Source: a virus
Taxonomy: Duplodnaviria; Caudoviricetes
Direction: 5' to 3' (one strand)
Virus record (IMG/VR): IMGVR_UViG_3300032135_000028
Span: 1-37,765 of that record
Length of the DNA: 37,765 nucleotides
The position numbers and the translations under genes were made by a program. Within the stretch, counting starts at the first letter, position 1. Each line of letters opens with the position of its first letter. Below the pieces are notes generated by a model. It was not told where the DNA came from. It searched no databases and saw only the letters and a list, made by a program, of their open reading frames with translations. Positions 16,685 through 26,070 of the stretch are shown piece after piece.

Positions 16685-19674
16685 TGCGTGTTGAAGAACT
16701 GATCGTCGAAGTGCGTGACGCTGCACTGCAGCGTGTTGGCTCGATTACGCCTGAGTATCGTCAGATGAAGATCGTGCCACGTGCGAACGATGTCGGCTCG
16801 TGGTCGCTGACACTGCCGGGGGAGCATCCGATGGTGCCGAAACTTGAAGCGCCGGGCAGCGGCATCGTTGTGACACAGCGCGTCGAAGACACGCCTGCTG
16901 TGCCTGAGACGTATGCGCCAGCGGCGTCGCCGTCGTTCGTCAACCTGTTCACGAACCCGTCGTTTGAGACTGCTGACGGCACGGTGGAAGTGCGCCGGAA
17001 CTTCTGCACCGACCCGCACGCGACGGGTATCGGTACTCTGTGGAGTTCCGCGACCCCCAGCGGGAACACCACGTCTTATGACCCAACCGCAGCGCAGGAC
17101 GGTGGCTCTGCGTTCTCCATTGCAACAACGGCGACAGGCCCGTTGAGGATTAGGACCGAGCACACTGCCTCCATTGCGGACATTCCTGTTGGGCAAACTG
17201 CGGCATTGAGCATGTATGTCTTCGCCCCGGAGGCGGCTACGGGGTGCTTCTTTGAGTTCTTTTGGACGCGGACGGACGGTTCTAATTACCCACGATCTAC
17301 GACGTTTTCACTGGTTCCCGGTTGGAACCATGTTGTCGGAACGCTGGTGGTCGCTTCGGGAGTTACTGCATTCTCCGGAGACCTCCAACTGGTCACAGGC
17401 AGCACCGTCTCAGCATCGAAGACGTGGCTGGCCTACGGCGCAATGGTCGAAGCCTCCCCCACCGCCAACACCTACTTCGACTACAACCACTCGCCCGATC
17501 CCGACCTCACGCCTTCTGCAACAGGCACCCCGAATGAGTCGCCAGCGATCCTGTCGGGCGACAAAGTAGCGGGCATCACCACCACGCTCGGATACCAGTC
17601 CACACACTGGGCCGCGTTGGGCTCGCACTCGCTCTACGTGCCCACAGGCGGCACCGCAACCATCACCCTGGCGTCGGCGTCCACTGTCCTCGCGACCGCC
17701 CGCAACTCAGGCCAGACGGTCACGGTCACAGGCGACACCGCAACATCAGCCACGACCGACGAGGCGCTGACCGTCTACGGCACCACAACCGTCACGCTCG
17801 GCCCCGGCTGGTGGGACGACATTCTACTGGTCGAGGGCGACTACTCGGGCGGGTACTTCGACGGGGACACCCCAGACGACTCACCCCTGGCACCCGGCTA
17901 CGCCTACGACTGGGACGACCTCCCAGACGCATCAACGTCGAGCATGACGCAGATTGTGATCGACACGCCACGAGTGCCACCAGTGCCGCAGTATCGCGTG
18001 CTGATGAGCGGGCCGACTACCTTGCCGAAGAGTGTACGCAATCGCGACAACGTCGACAGGCTGCTCACGTTCGACGGCGTCGGCGACACGATCATCGCTG
18101 CAGACGCTGTCGCGTTCGGCGACCCTGCGAACGAAGTCGGCGCACAGACGTCTGCGAACGACACACGCACAGCAGTCGGCGAGACGTTGATGCGTGCGTA
18201 CGTTGACGTCAACATTGGGTCGGGTGCGCTCGTATCTCGTCGTGGTGGCATGCGTGCAGCAGTGACACTTGCGACTGATCTTGGGCGTGGCCCGTTCATG
18301 ACGAAGTCGCCACGTTTTCAGAATCTGCTCGATCTGTTGCGTGAGATCGCGACGTATTCGTCGCTGCGTTTCCGCTTCGTTCAGATAGGCGACTCGATCG
18401 TGTTCGAGGTTGATGACGCACACGATCGCACAGCACTCGTGCGACTCGACATCGAGAACGGCACACTCGCATCTGAAGAGATCGAGCAACGACCCGCGAG
18501 CACGACGCGCGCAATTCTTGCCGGTCAGGGCGAAGGCACAGATCGTCTGATCATCGAGCGCACGTCGACAGAATCGCTTGCAGCAGAGGCACAGTGGGGG
18601 CGTGTCATCGAACGCTTCCTCGACGCACGTGACAAGAGTCTGCTGACTGAACTGCAGCAGCAGGGCGACGAGTTTCTGATCGAGAACGGTGCGACAGCGT
18701 ATGCGGTGAAAGCGAACGCGAGCGACTCGCAGACGATGCTGTATGGCGTTGATTGGGTCGAGGGTGACATCGTCGCAGTTGTCATCGACGGCGTCGAGTA
18801 TGCGGTCGATGTGACGAGTGCGGCGATCGTCATGAACGCGGACGGCGTTCTTGTGGGTGCTGCGATCGGTGACGTTGCGAAGATGAACGAGTCGGCGACT
18901 GTCGAGCAGCGTGTCGATCAGAATGAGCAGCGCATCAGCACGATCGAGCGCACGACTGAGGGCGTGTCGGGTGTGAGCGAGCCGACGCCGGGGAAGATCG
19001 TCACGCGTGACACCGCAGGGCGTGCACAGTTTGCTGATCCGGCTGTGGCTGCTGACGCCGCCACCAAGGGGTACACAGACGGCAAGACGTGGGACGCCGG
19101 GAGTGACCTGACTGGAATAGTGCAAGAGAGAAATCTACCAACCAGGCTCCGAGCCACCGCTCTACAAGTCACTGGGGACTGGAACAACGTTTTAGATGGT
19201 GGCTGGTATTGGGGACTGAGCCTCACCAACACTCCGCCGGGTTTGACGTATGTCCACATGTTTGTCATCAGGCACGACAGCAACCACGTTGTTCAGACTG
19301 CCTACGGGCTTACTGGTTCTGACCAGGTGTGGGTGCGCTGGAAGTTGGGTTCCACCACATGGACCACTTGGCGTCAGCAGGCAGACAGGGCATATGTGGA
19401 CAGCGCTACAGTGCTCCCAGGTCGCCTCGCGGCCAGCAACTTCTTGGGACAAGGGATTGACCCAGACAACCTCCTTGAGACTGGCTTCTACAGCAGTCAC
19501 AACTGGGTGGGTTCACTGTCCGGGTACTACGTCGGCACCCTGATCGTCAATCAGTATTCGCCGAACTGGATATCCCAACAGTTCACGACCGTCGCGGCCA
19601 CGCCCGTCATGCTAATTCGTTCATACCACAGTGGCACCACCTGGGGAGCTTGGCGAACCGTTACCACCACCTAG
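16684..19674 (+). CDS. minor tail/baseplate hub protein (Gp37-like) with inserted carbohydrate-binding-like region and C-terminal knob-like repeats
   Basis: NDVGSWSLTLP, AILAGQGEGTDR, WGRVIERFLDARD and YGVDWVEGDIVAV motifs; two C-terminal repeats ending TWTTWR and TWGAWR. Confidence 0.85.
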   Translation: MRVEELIVEVRDAALQRVGSITPEYRQMKIVPRANDVGSWSLTLPGEHPMVPKLEAPGSGIVVTQRVEDTPAVPETYAPAASPSFVNLFTNPSFETADGTVEVRRNFCTDPHATGIGTLWSSATPSGNTTSYDPTAAQDGGSAFSIATTATGPLRIRTEHTASIADIPVGQTAALSMYVFAPEAATGCFFEFFWTRTDGSNYPRSTTFSLVPGWNHVVGTLVVASGVTAFSGDLQLVTGSTVSASKTWLAYGAMVEASPTANTYFDYNHSPDPDLTPSATGTPNESPAILSGDKVAGITTTLGYQSTHWAALGSHSLYVPTGGTATITLASASTVLATARNSGQTVTVTGDTATSATTDEALTVYGTTTVTLGPGWWDDILLVEGDYSGGYFDGDTPDDSPLAPGYAYDWDDLPDASTSSMTQIVIDTPRVPPVPQYRVLMSGPTTLPKSVRNRDNVDRLLTFDGVGDTIIAADAVAFGDPANEVGAQTSANDTRTAVGETLMRAYVDVNIGSGALVSRRGGMRAAVTLATDLGRGPFMTKSPRFQNLLDLLREIATYSSLRFRFVQIGDSIVFEVDDAHDRTALVRLDIENGTLASEEIEQRPASTTRAILAGQGEGTDRLIIERTSTESLAAEAQWGRVIERFLDARDKSLLTELQQQGDEFLIENGATAYAVKANASDSQTMLYGVDWVEGDIVAVVIDGVEYAVDVTSAAIVMNADGVLVGAAIGDVAKMNESATVEQRVDQNEQRISTIERTTEGVSGVSEPTPGKIVTRDTAGRAQFADPAVAADAATKGYTDGKTWDAGSDLTGIVQERNLPTRLRATALQVTGDWNNVLDGGWYWGLSLTNTPPGLTYVHMFVIRHDSNHVVQTAYGLTGSDQVWVRWKLGSTTWTTWRQQADRAYVDSATVLPGRLAASNFLGQGIDPDNLLETGFYSSHNWVGSLSGYYVGTLIVNQYSPNWISQQFTTVAATPVMLIRSYHSGTTWGAWRTVTTT

Positions 19675-19721
19675 CACCACCGCCTAATCCGCACGAATCC
19701 CACCACACGAAAGGACATATC

Positions 19722-20126
19722 GTGATCGTCAACACCATCATCATCGACGGGGTAGACCGCGTTGTCTGGGACTCGGACCAGGGTGTCGTCACCTATGAAG
19801 CAGACGGGGCCACCGTTACGTCGACTAGGCCCTTCACCGACTTAGAGCAGCGCTACGTTGCCTTTGCACTGGTTGGGGTAAACGCCACAAACACTGCAAC
19901 TCTGAACCAAGACCTCATCACCGCTATCGACACGATGCTCACTGGCCTCACCCAGGTGCAAGAGTTCGCCGCAGGGACGCTCGTCTCTGACGCTACGATC
20001 AACGCCAACCCGGCCGTCTACATGAAGTTGGTCGCGGCTGAGTTGGTCGAGGTCGAGCAGAACGTCATCGCAGTTGCGCGGCTCGCGTCAGGGCAAACCG
20101 AAAGCCCCGACACTGGCGGGAAGTAG
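19722..20126 (+). CDS. hypothetical tail-associated protein (possible fibre chaperone)
   Basis: GAAAGGA SD before GTG 19722; lies directly after the fibre-like C-terminus. Confidence 0.65.
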   Translation: MIVNTIIIDGVDRVVWDSDQGVVTYEADGATVTSTRPFTDLEQRYVAFALVGVNATNTATLNQDLITAIDTMLTGLTQVQEFAAGTLVSDATINANPAVYMKLVAAELVEVEQNVIAVARLASGQTESPDTGGK

Positions 20127-20207
20127 CCAGACACGGCGCTGAGCGTGGCACAATGACAAGAGCGACGTCGGGCACGCGCTCACACGAACAAGCAGAGAGG
20201 CGTGAGC

Positions 20208-20933
20208 ATGGCTGAGACCAGTCTCCCGTTCGAGAACACAGACGTCAGCGAGTCACAGTTCGCAAAGTGGGCACGCGCGATCGTCGGCAACGGCATCGTC
20301 GAAGGGCTGACAGTCACAGCAGGCTCTGGCATGCAGACACTCGTCGCGACTGGCACTGCAATGGTGCGTGGCGTGTTCTACGAGAACGACGCGTCGAAGC
20401 CGTTGACGATCAGCAGCGCACCCGCAACGGGGAACACGCGACTCGATCTTGTTGTGTTGCGTCTCGACTTCACTGCGAACACACTGCTCGCAGTCGTCAA
20501 GAACGGCACGGCGAACACGAGCGGCGGCACGCTTCCCGCGTTGACTCAGACAGATACGGTTTGGGAGCATCCGATCGAGAAGATCACGGTCGCAGCGGGT
20601 ACTGCAGCGATCACGGGTGGCATGCTTCAAGCACTCGACAGTGACGTCGGTCAACGTGTTGTGACGTATGCAGACGATGCGAGCAGGGTTGCACCGCTGA
20701 ACGCGCCTGCGATCGGGTTGAATCGTTCGACGAAGGTGTTGTCGTTGTGGGATGGTGCGACGTGGGTCGATCTGAACACGAGTGTCGCTTGGGCGGGCAT
20801 CACGGGCAAGCCGGACACGTTCCCGCCGTCGACGCCGATCGACGCGAACACGTTGAACGGTATGCGTGTCGATCACGGCACGGTGTTGCCCAGTTCGGGC
20901 AATGACGGCGACGTGTTTCTGCTGCACTCGTAA
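20208..20933 (+). CDS. minor tail protein (baseplate/receptor-binding N-terminal type)
   Basis: NTRLDLVVLRLD and PALTQTDTVWEHPI motifs, common in actinophage minor tails. Start could be GTG 20202. Confidence 0.8.
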   Translation: MAETSLPFENTDVSESQFAKWARAIVGNGIVEGLTVTAGSGMQTLVATGTAMVRGVFYENDASKPLTISSAPATGNTRLDLVVLRLDFTANTLLAVVKNGTANTSGGTLPALTQTDTVWEHPIEKITVAAGTAAITGGMLQALDSDVGQRVVTYADDASRVAPLNAPAIGLNRSTKVLSLWDGATWVDLNTSVAWAGITGKPDTFPPSTPIDANTLNGMRVDHGTVLPSSGNDGDVFLLHS

Positions 20934-20942
20934 GGGGCGCAC

Positions 20943-22577
20943 ATGACTATCGCGATTGGCAACGAAGTCTCTTATGGGTCGGGCGCATTTTATGATGCCC
21001 GAATTGGTTCCGATGCTGTCGAGTATCTCAGCGACACAGTCGCACGCGTGTCGTTTCACATTTACTCGTATCACAGCGGCGCACTGTACGACAGCGTCAA
21101 CAACGCGAGCACGTATGGCAGTCTTCATACTGAAGCGTACGGGGCGCGCGCATACTCGTCGAGCGCGGCAGATACGATGTCGTACAACTCGCTCACGAAA
21201 GACTTCACGCGCACGTATGCAGGGTTCGACGTCTCGCAGACGTTCTGGGTTGAGGGGCTTGCCGACAGTTCTGGTGGCGGTGCTCGCTCGACTGTTGTCG
21301 CGACGATTCCGATTGCAGCGCGACCTGTGAGAGCACCGTCGACGCCGGGTGCAGTGTCGATCAGTAATCGTACGACGTCGTCGTTTCGTGCTTCGTGGTC
21401 GCCGTCTGCTGACTGGAACGGCGATGTCGGCTGGTATCGCGTGCGATTGTCAGATGACAACTTCGCGACGTACACAGACTTCACCGTCGCGGCTGGCACG
21501 ACGTACAAAGACTTCGGGGGGCTGCCTCCCGGCGACGCGTTTCAGGTGCGTGTCTATGCGGTCAACAGTGCTGGGACGAGCGGCTACGTCTCGAAGTCGA
21601 CTTCGACGCTGGTCGCGAAGCCGAACGGCCCGGCGAGTGCTTCGATCTCGGCTGTCACGAGCGACGGTTTCAGAGTGTCGTGGCCGACGCCGACTGATTG
21701 GGGCGGCGAGACTGGCTCGTACGTTGTGCGACTGTCGAACAACAACTTTGCGTCGTATGGCGACTATGCGGTGCCGTACGGCACGAATCTCAAAGACTTC
21801 GCGAGGCTGAGTCCCGGCAGCGCGTATCAGACACACGTCTGGGCAATCAACAGTGCAGGCTGGGGCGGCTACGCGTCAGCGTATGCGACGACGCTCGCGG
21901 CTGTGCCGAGCGCTGGCAAGACGCCGTCGCTGTCGAGTCTGACCGACACGAGTGTCGTCGCGTCGTGGGCTGACCCTGACAACTGGAACGGCGACAACAG
22001 CAGCGACTTCGATCTGCAGATTGATAATGCGACGAACTTCTGGGGCGCGACTCAGTACAGTGTGCTCAACGCGAACTCGAAGACGCTGGCGGGACTCATC
22101 GGCAATACGACGCGGTATCTGCGTGATCGTGCGAAGAACAGCGCGGGGGCGGGAGGTTTTTCGGCTGCGAGAACACTGCTTACGAAGCCGTCAAAGTGTA
22201 CGAACATCTATGCTTCGCATATCACGCCGACGAGTGCGACTCCCCTCGCGTCTGCGCCTGCTGGCGGTGCGTCGTCGTATCTCTTGCAAGTCGCGACAGA
22301 TGCTGGCTTCACGAACACTGTGTATTGGAGGTACGGCTCGTCGCTCAGCCGTCCGCTGTCGGGCCTCACCCCTGCGACGCGCTACTACATGCGCTGGCTG
22401 TCGACGAACAGCAGCGGCACCATGGGCTGGACTTCGACCGTGTACTTCGACACGCTGCCGGGTGCATACGTGCGCGACGGCGCAACGTTGAAGCAGTCAA
22501 CTGTGTACGTCTGGGACGGTGCAACGCTGAAGACTGCACAACCGTATGTGCGACGCACTGGCGCATGGAGGCTCTGA
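20943..22577 (+). CDS. minor tail protein with four fibronectin type III-like repeats
   Basis: Repeated SFRASW...Y.V....L.PG..YQV.V.A.NSAG units. Confidence 0.85.
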   Translation: MTIAIGNEVSYGSGAFYDARIGSDAVEYLSDTVARVSFHIYSYHSGALYDSVNNASTYGSLHTEAYGARAYSSSAADTMSYNSLTKDFTRTYAGFDVSQTFWVEGLADSSGGGARSTVVATIPIAARPVRAPSTPGAVSISNRTTSSFRASWSPSADWNGDVGWYRVRLSDDNFATYTDFTVAAGTTYKDFGGLPPGDAFQVRVYAVNSAGTSGYVSKSTSTLVAKPNGPASASISAVTSDGFRVSWPTPTDWGGETGSYVVRLSNNNFASYGDYAVPYGTNLKDFARLSPGSAYQTHVWAINSAGWGGYASAYATTLAAVPSAGKTPSLSSLTDTSVVASWADPDNWNGDNSSDFDLQIDNATNFWGATQYSVLNANSKTLAGLIGNTTRYLRDRAKNSAGAGGFSAARTLLTKPSKCTNIYASHITPTSATPLASAPAGGASSYLLQVATDAGFTNTVYWRYGSSLSRPLSGLTPATRYYMRWLSTNSSGTMGWTSTVYFDTLPGAYVRDGATLKQSTVYVWDGATLKTAQPYVRRTGAWRL

Positions 22578-22921
22578 TGAACATCATCTGGCCGAACGTC
22601 GACATCAGTGCGCTCACAGTCTCGGGTGTGCTCGTGATCTTCGTGCTGCTGTTCGCACGCGGTCTGATCATCTCGCGCAAGGTCGCAGATCAAGAGCAAC
22701 GTGCTCTCATCGTCGGGCACGAAGCGAAAGACGATGCGCATCTCGAAGTCGTCGCGTTCAAGAATGAGCAGATCGAAGAACTGCGGCATCGTGAACGTCG
22801 TCTCGACACGATTCTTGAACAGCGTGAACATCAACTGACGATCATGCTTGAAGAGGTAGGGCCTGCGCTGCAGCAGTGGTCTGATGCCACACAGCAGGTC
22901 TTCGATCGGGGAGAAACATGA
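22577..22921 (+). CDS. membrane protein with coiled coil (lysis cassette)
   Basis: TGATG coupling; one N-terminal hydrophobic helix followed by a charged helix. Confidence 0.7.
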   Translation: MNIIWPNVDISALTVSGVLVIFVLLFARGLIISRKVADQEQRALIVGHEAKDDAHLEVVAFKNEQIEELRHRERRLDTILEQREHQLTIMLEEVGPALQQWSDATQQVFDRGET

Positions 22922-23196
22922 TGAAATTGTGGGCTAAGCATCCGCGTCGGCCTGTGCAGGCGATGAGGTATCGAGCCGAAGCGAGCGAGATGCGTGCATC
23001 CGTTGAGCGTGAGCGTGAGCGTCTGCAGCACGATCGTGATGCTCGGGCGACAGACACACGTGAGCGTGCTGATCGTGCGCGAGGCGACGACGTGCGCGTG
23101 TTGAGCAGCACTTCGTCGTTGCGTGCTGCACGTGATCGCAACAACTTCACGGAGAGGATGCGAATGATGATCGAGAGGAACGTCAAACATGGGTGA
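22918..23196 (+). CDS. small Arg-rich hypothetical protein (lysis cassette)
   Basis: GGGGAG SD; overlaps both neighbours. Confidence 0.65.
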   Translation: MMKLWAKHPRRPVQAMRYRAEASEMRASVERERERLQHDRDARATDTRERADRARGDDVRVLSSTSSLRAARDRNNFTERMRMMIERNVKHG

Positions 23197-23530
23197 TCTG
23201 ATCGCACGCGTCTCTGTCTGGGTGCTGCTCATTGTGAGTGTTTCGTCGGCGCTGCTGTATTTGCCGCGTGTGAGGCGGCACGCTGAGGACAAGGCGCGTT
23301 GGGCACTGTTCGGGCTGTTGCTGTCGCTTGGGTTGACGAATCTTCCGGTGCTGTTTGCCCTGCACGGGCACTCGTTGCCGTTCTGGGGGGGTACGGCTGT
23401 GCGGGTGCTTGCGGCTGTTGTGCTGGTCGTCGTTGTCATGCCGCTCATTCAAGACTCGATCAACGAGTTGCGTGTCTGGGTGCGTGTTGCACGCGACTCG
23501 TGGCGGCTGCTTCGTGACGATGATCGCTAG
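23189..23530 (+). CDS. three-TM membrane protein (holin-like/lysis accessory)
   Basis: Three hydrophobic segments; immediately upstream of the endolysin. Confidence 0.65.
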   Translation: MGDLIARVSVWVLLIVSVSSALLYLPRVRRHAEDKARWALFGLLLSLGLTNLPVLFALHGHSLPFWGGTAVRVLAAVVLVVVVMPLIQDSINELRVWVRVARDSWRLLRDDDR

Positions 23531-23570
23531 TCGTGGCACAATCGGAGAACGATCTCATCAAGGAGGCCTC

Positions 23571-24476
23571 GTGAGCATTGAGATTCAAGACAGACTGGTC
23601 CGAGACCAGACGCATCACACGTTCGACGGCACGAACCCGTGCAACTATCTGACCGTCCACCAGACCGGCAACGTGAAGCCCGGTGCGGACGCCAAGGGTC
23701 ACGCGGACCTGCAGTATTTCGGCAACGTCCGTGAGGCGTCCTGGCATCTTTCGGTTGACGATCACAGCGCATGGCGGTCGTACCTCGACTCGCGGCAGTG
23801 CTGGCACGCCGGTGACGGTGTTGGCAAGGGCAACACTCAGTCTCTCGGCATGGAGTTGTGTATCAACTCTGACGGCGACTATGTGCAGACCATCGAGAAC
23901 GGTGCGGACGTTGCGCGCCAGAAGATGCTTGAGCACAACATTCCGATCACGCGTGTGTTCCAGCACAATCACTGGTCGTCATACGGGAAGGATTGCCCGG
24001 ACCAGATTCGTGGAAACAAGGACGGGATCGACTGGTCCGACTTTCTGGGGATGATTCTCGACAGTGCTGCAACGCTCTCGTCGACTCGACCCAAGTCGAA
24101 GCCGACGCCGTTCATTCTCGACGTCGATGGGCGCTGGGGCCGCGACACCACGACCGTGCTTCAGGTCGCTGTGGGGACGCCTGCGGATGGCGAAGTGTGG
24201 CATCAGTGGCTCGGCTGGCGCGATGCCAACCCGGGGCTCACGTCCGGCTTCATGTGGGACGCCACCGCGACCGGTTCACCGGCAATCCACGCCGCTCAGA
24301 TCATCATGGCTGCGGACGGTCAGTACCCCGGCAAGAAGGACGGGCTCATCGGCCCGGTGTTTGTTCGCGGGCTCGAACTGCGATTCCTGGGTGAAGCGCC
24401 CGACACTCATCTCGACAACCCTTCGCGGACTGTCGAGGCAATGCAGACTCGTCTGCGCGATACTGGAAAGTTCTAG
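23571..24476 (+). CDS. endolysin, N-acetylmuramoyl-L-alanine amidase (Amidase_2) with C-terminal cell-wall-binding region
   Basis: LTVHQTGN, ASWHLSVDD, WHAGDG, SLGMELC, QHNHW...KDCP (Zn ligands H/H/C); LDVDGRWGRDTTTVLQ. AAGGAGG SD before GTG 23571. Confidence 0.93.
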   Translation: MSIEIQDRLVRDQTHHTFDGTNPCNYLTVHQTGNVKPGADAKGHADLQYFGNVREASWHLSVDDHSAWRSYLDSRQCWHAGDGVGKGNTQSLGMELCINSDGDYVQTIENGADVARQKMLEHNIPITRVFQHNHWSSYGKDCPDQIRGNKDGIDWSDFLGMILDSAATLSSTRPKSKPTPFILDVDGRWGRDTTTVLQVAVGTPADGEVWHQWLGWRDANPGLTSGFMWDATATGSPAIHAAQIIMAADGQYPGKKDGLIGPVFVRGLELRFLGEAPDTHLDNPSRTVEAMQTRLRDTGKF

Positions 24477-24485
24477 GAGGAACAC

Positions 24486-24707
24486 ATGACTGGTCAGACT
24501 CAGGCGTTCACGCCGAAGTTCTCGCCGAAGTTCAGAACGATCATCTATGTGATCGGCGTGCTGTTGTCGTTTGCGGCGTTCGTCGTCGCTGGCGCTGCTG
24601 CTGCGCTTGACGCGGCCCCGGCTGTCTCGATCATCGCGGGACTCATCGGCTCAGGATTCGGCGGCGTCGCGTCGTCGTTCGGTGTGGGGTATCGCCCCAC
24701 GAAGTAG
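24486..24707 (+). CDS. holin (two TM segments)
   Basis: 73 aa, PKFRTIIYVIG then two hydrophobic helices; follows the endolysin; AGGAGG SD. Confidence 0.75.
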   Translation: MTGQTQAFTPKFSPKFRTIIYVIGVLLSFAAFVVAGAAAALDAAPAVSIIAGLIGSGFGGVASSFGVGYRPTK

Positions 24708-24721
24708 TCGATCCACTCACT

Positions 24722-24766
24722 ATCTGCCCCCGTACTGCGTTCGCGCTGCGGGGGCAGATGCGTTTC
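24722..24766 (+). terminator. intrinsic terminator ending the late operon
   Basis: ATCTGCCCCCG/CGGGGGCAGAT stem capped by GCG-TTCG-CGC, followed by GCGTTTC. Confidence 0.75.
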
Positions 24767-24787
24767 GCAGTGCGACACGCTTACGGC

Positions 24788-24816
24788 TTGCAATGATGTT
24801 CGCATGAGACTAACGT
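24788..24816 (+). promoter_or_regulatory. sigmaA-type promoter for the recombination/replication operon
   Basis: TTGCAA-N17-TAACGT immediately after the terminator. Confidence 0.65.
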
Positions 24817-24884
24817 CAGCAGTGCTCGTTCGACTCGGGCAAGGGCACGCTGAACACAGTCAGCCAACTACTAAGGAGAACAGC

Positions 24885-26048
24885 ATGGCAACGAAGACAA
24901 TCAAGCGCTCGACGCCCATCGCGGGCGTATCGAGCGAGCAGCGCGACGCGTGGCTCGAACAGCGACGCCACGGCGTCACAGCGACGCAAGCAGCGAAAGC
25001 GATCAGCGGGCGCGAGTCTGATCTGCGTGCGATCGTCGTCGAGAAGATCACGGGCGACTTCCCTGATCTGAGCGGCAACAAGTACATCGACTGGGGGAAC
25101 GCTCGCGAACCCGTCATCGCTGAATGGGTACAGACGAAGTTCGACATCGCGCCGAATCTGATCTGCTACGCGCACAGCGAAGAGCCGCGTCATCTCGCGA
25201 CGCCTGACGGCTTCACGTACGACGAGTTCATCGGTGCGGGCTACATCTCAGAGATCAAGACGTCGAAGCACGATCTGAACCCGTTCACTGATCTGCCGGA
25301 GAGTGGCATCTCGACGCTGCGACCCGAGATCGCGCATCAGATGCTCGACGCGTTCGATCGCAACAGGGGCGTGCCGTATTTCTGGCGCTCGGGATACTTC
25401 GATCAGATGCAATGGCAGATGCACGTGATGGGCACTGATCGGTGCCTGTTCGTGTGGGAGCAGCACGACGACAACTGGCCCGAACCGCAGCCGTCTGTGC
25501 CTCGCGCAGTGTGGGTCGATCGGGACGAAGCACGCATCGTCGAACTCGTGCGCGCTGCAGAGTCGCTGTTGAAGCGCATCGAGAGCACGAAGGCGAGCGA
25601 TCTCGCACCGTCTGGCGAGATGCAACCCGAGATCGCTGATCATGTGCACGAGTATCTGAAGGGACTCGCCGACGAGAAGATCGGTGCCGCGTACAAGACG
25701 AAGCACTCGAACGCGCTGAAGACGCTGCTCGAAGACGTCGACGACTATCAGAGCGACAACGACGAGGCGAAGGTCACGTGGGCGCGCCCGCTGACGATCG
25801 AGTCGCATGTCGACGCAGCACTGCTCGCGAAGGCGACGACTGCACAGCAGACGAAGATCGAGAAGGCTGACGACGCTGTGCAGAGTGCGCAGCAGCGTCA
25901 AGAGCGCGCCGCTGCTGCGAAGACGAAGACAGACGACGCACACGCGAAGGCTGTCGAGCGGCTGCGTGTCGCACGCTCGCGCTTTACTGTGACGACTGAG
26001 ATGAAGCAGTCGCCGCGTCTCACGATCACCGCCAAAAAGACCAAGTAA
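24885..26048 (+). CDS. YqaJ-like (lambda-exonuclease family) recombination nuclease
   Basis: WLEQRRHGVTAT, WGNAREPVI, LATPDG, EIKT, YFDQMQWQMHV. TAAGGAG SD before ATG 24885. Confidence 0.92.
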   Translation: MATKTIKRSTPIAGVSSEQRDAWLEQRRHGVTATQAAKAISGRESDLRAIVVEKITGDFPDLSGNKYIDWGNAREPVIAEWVQTKFDIAPNLICYAHSEEPRHLATPDGFTYDEFIGAGYISEIKTSKHDLNPFTDLPESGISTLRPEIAHQMLDAFDRNRGVPYFWRSGYFDQMQWQMHVMGTDRCLFVWEQHDDNWPEPQPSVPRAVWVDRDEARIVELVRAAESLLKRIESTKASDLAPSGEMQPEIADHVHEYLKGLADEKIGAAYKTKHSNALKTLLEDVDDYQSDNDEAKVTWARPLTIESHVDAALLAKATTAQQTKIEKADDAVQSAQQRQERAAAAKTKTDDAHAKAVERLRVARSRFTVTTEMKQSPRLTITAKKTK

Positions 26049-26070
26049 CTAACCCAAACAGGAGAACGAG

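Noticed and set aside
17932-19125. 397-aa minus-strand ORF opposite the hub protein
   Set aside because: Shadow ORF without motifs; the plus frame carries the conserved tail motifs.
20943-22577. FN3 repeats as a diversity-generating retroelement target
   Set aside because: No reverse transcriptase and no template/variable repeat pair differing at adenines.
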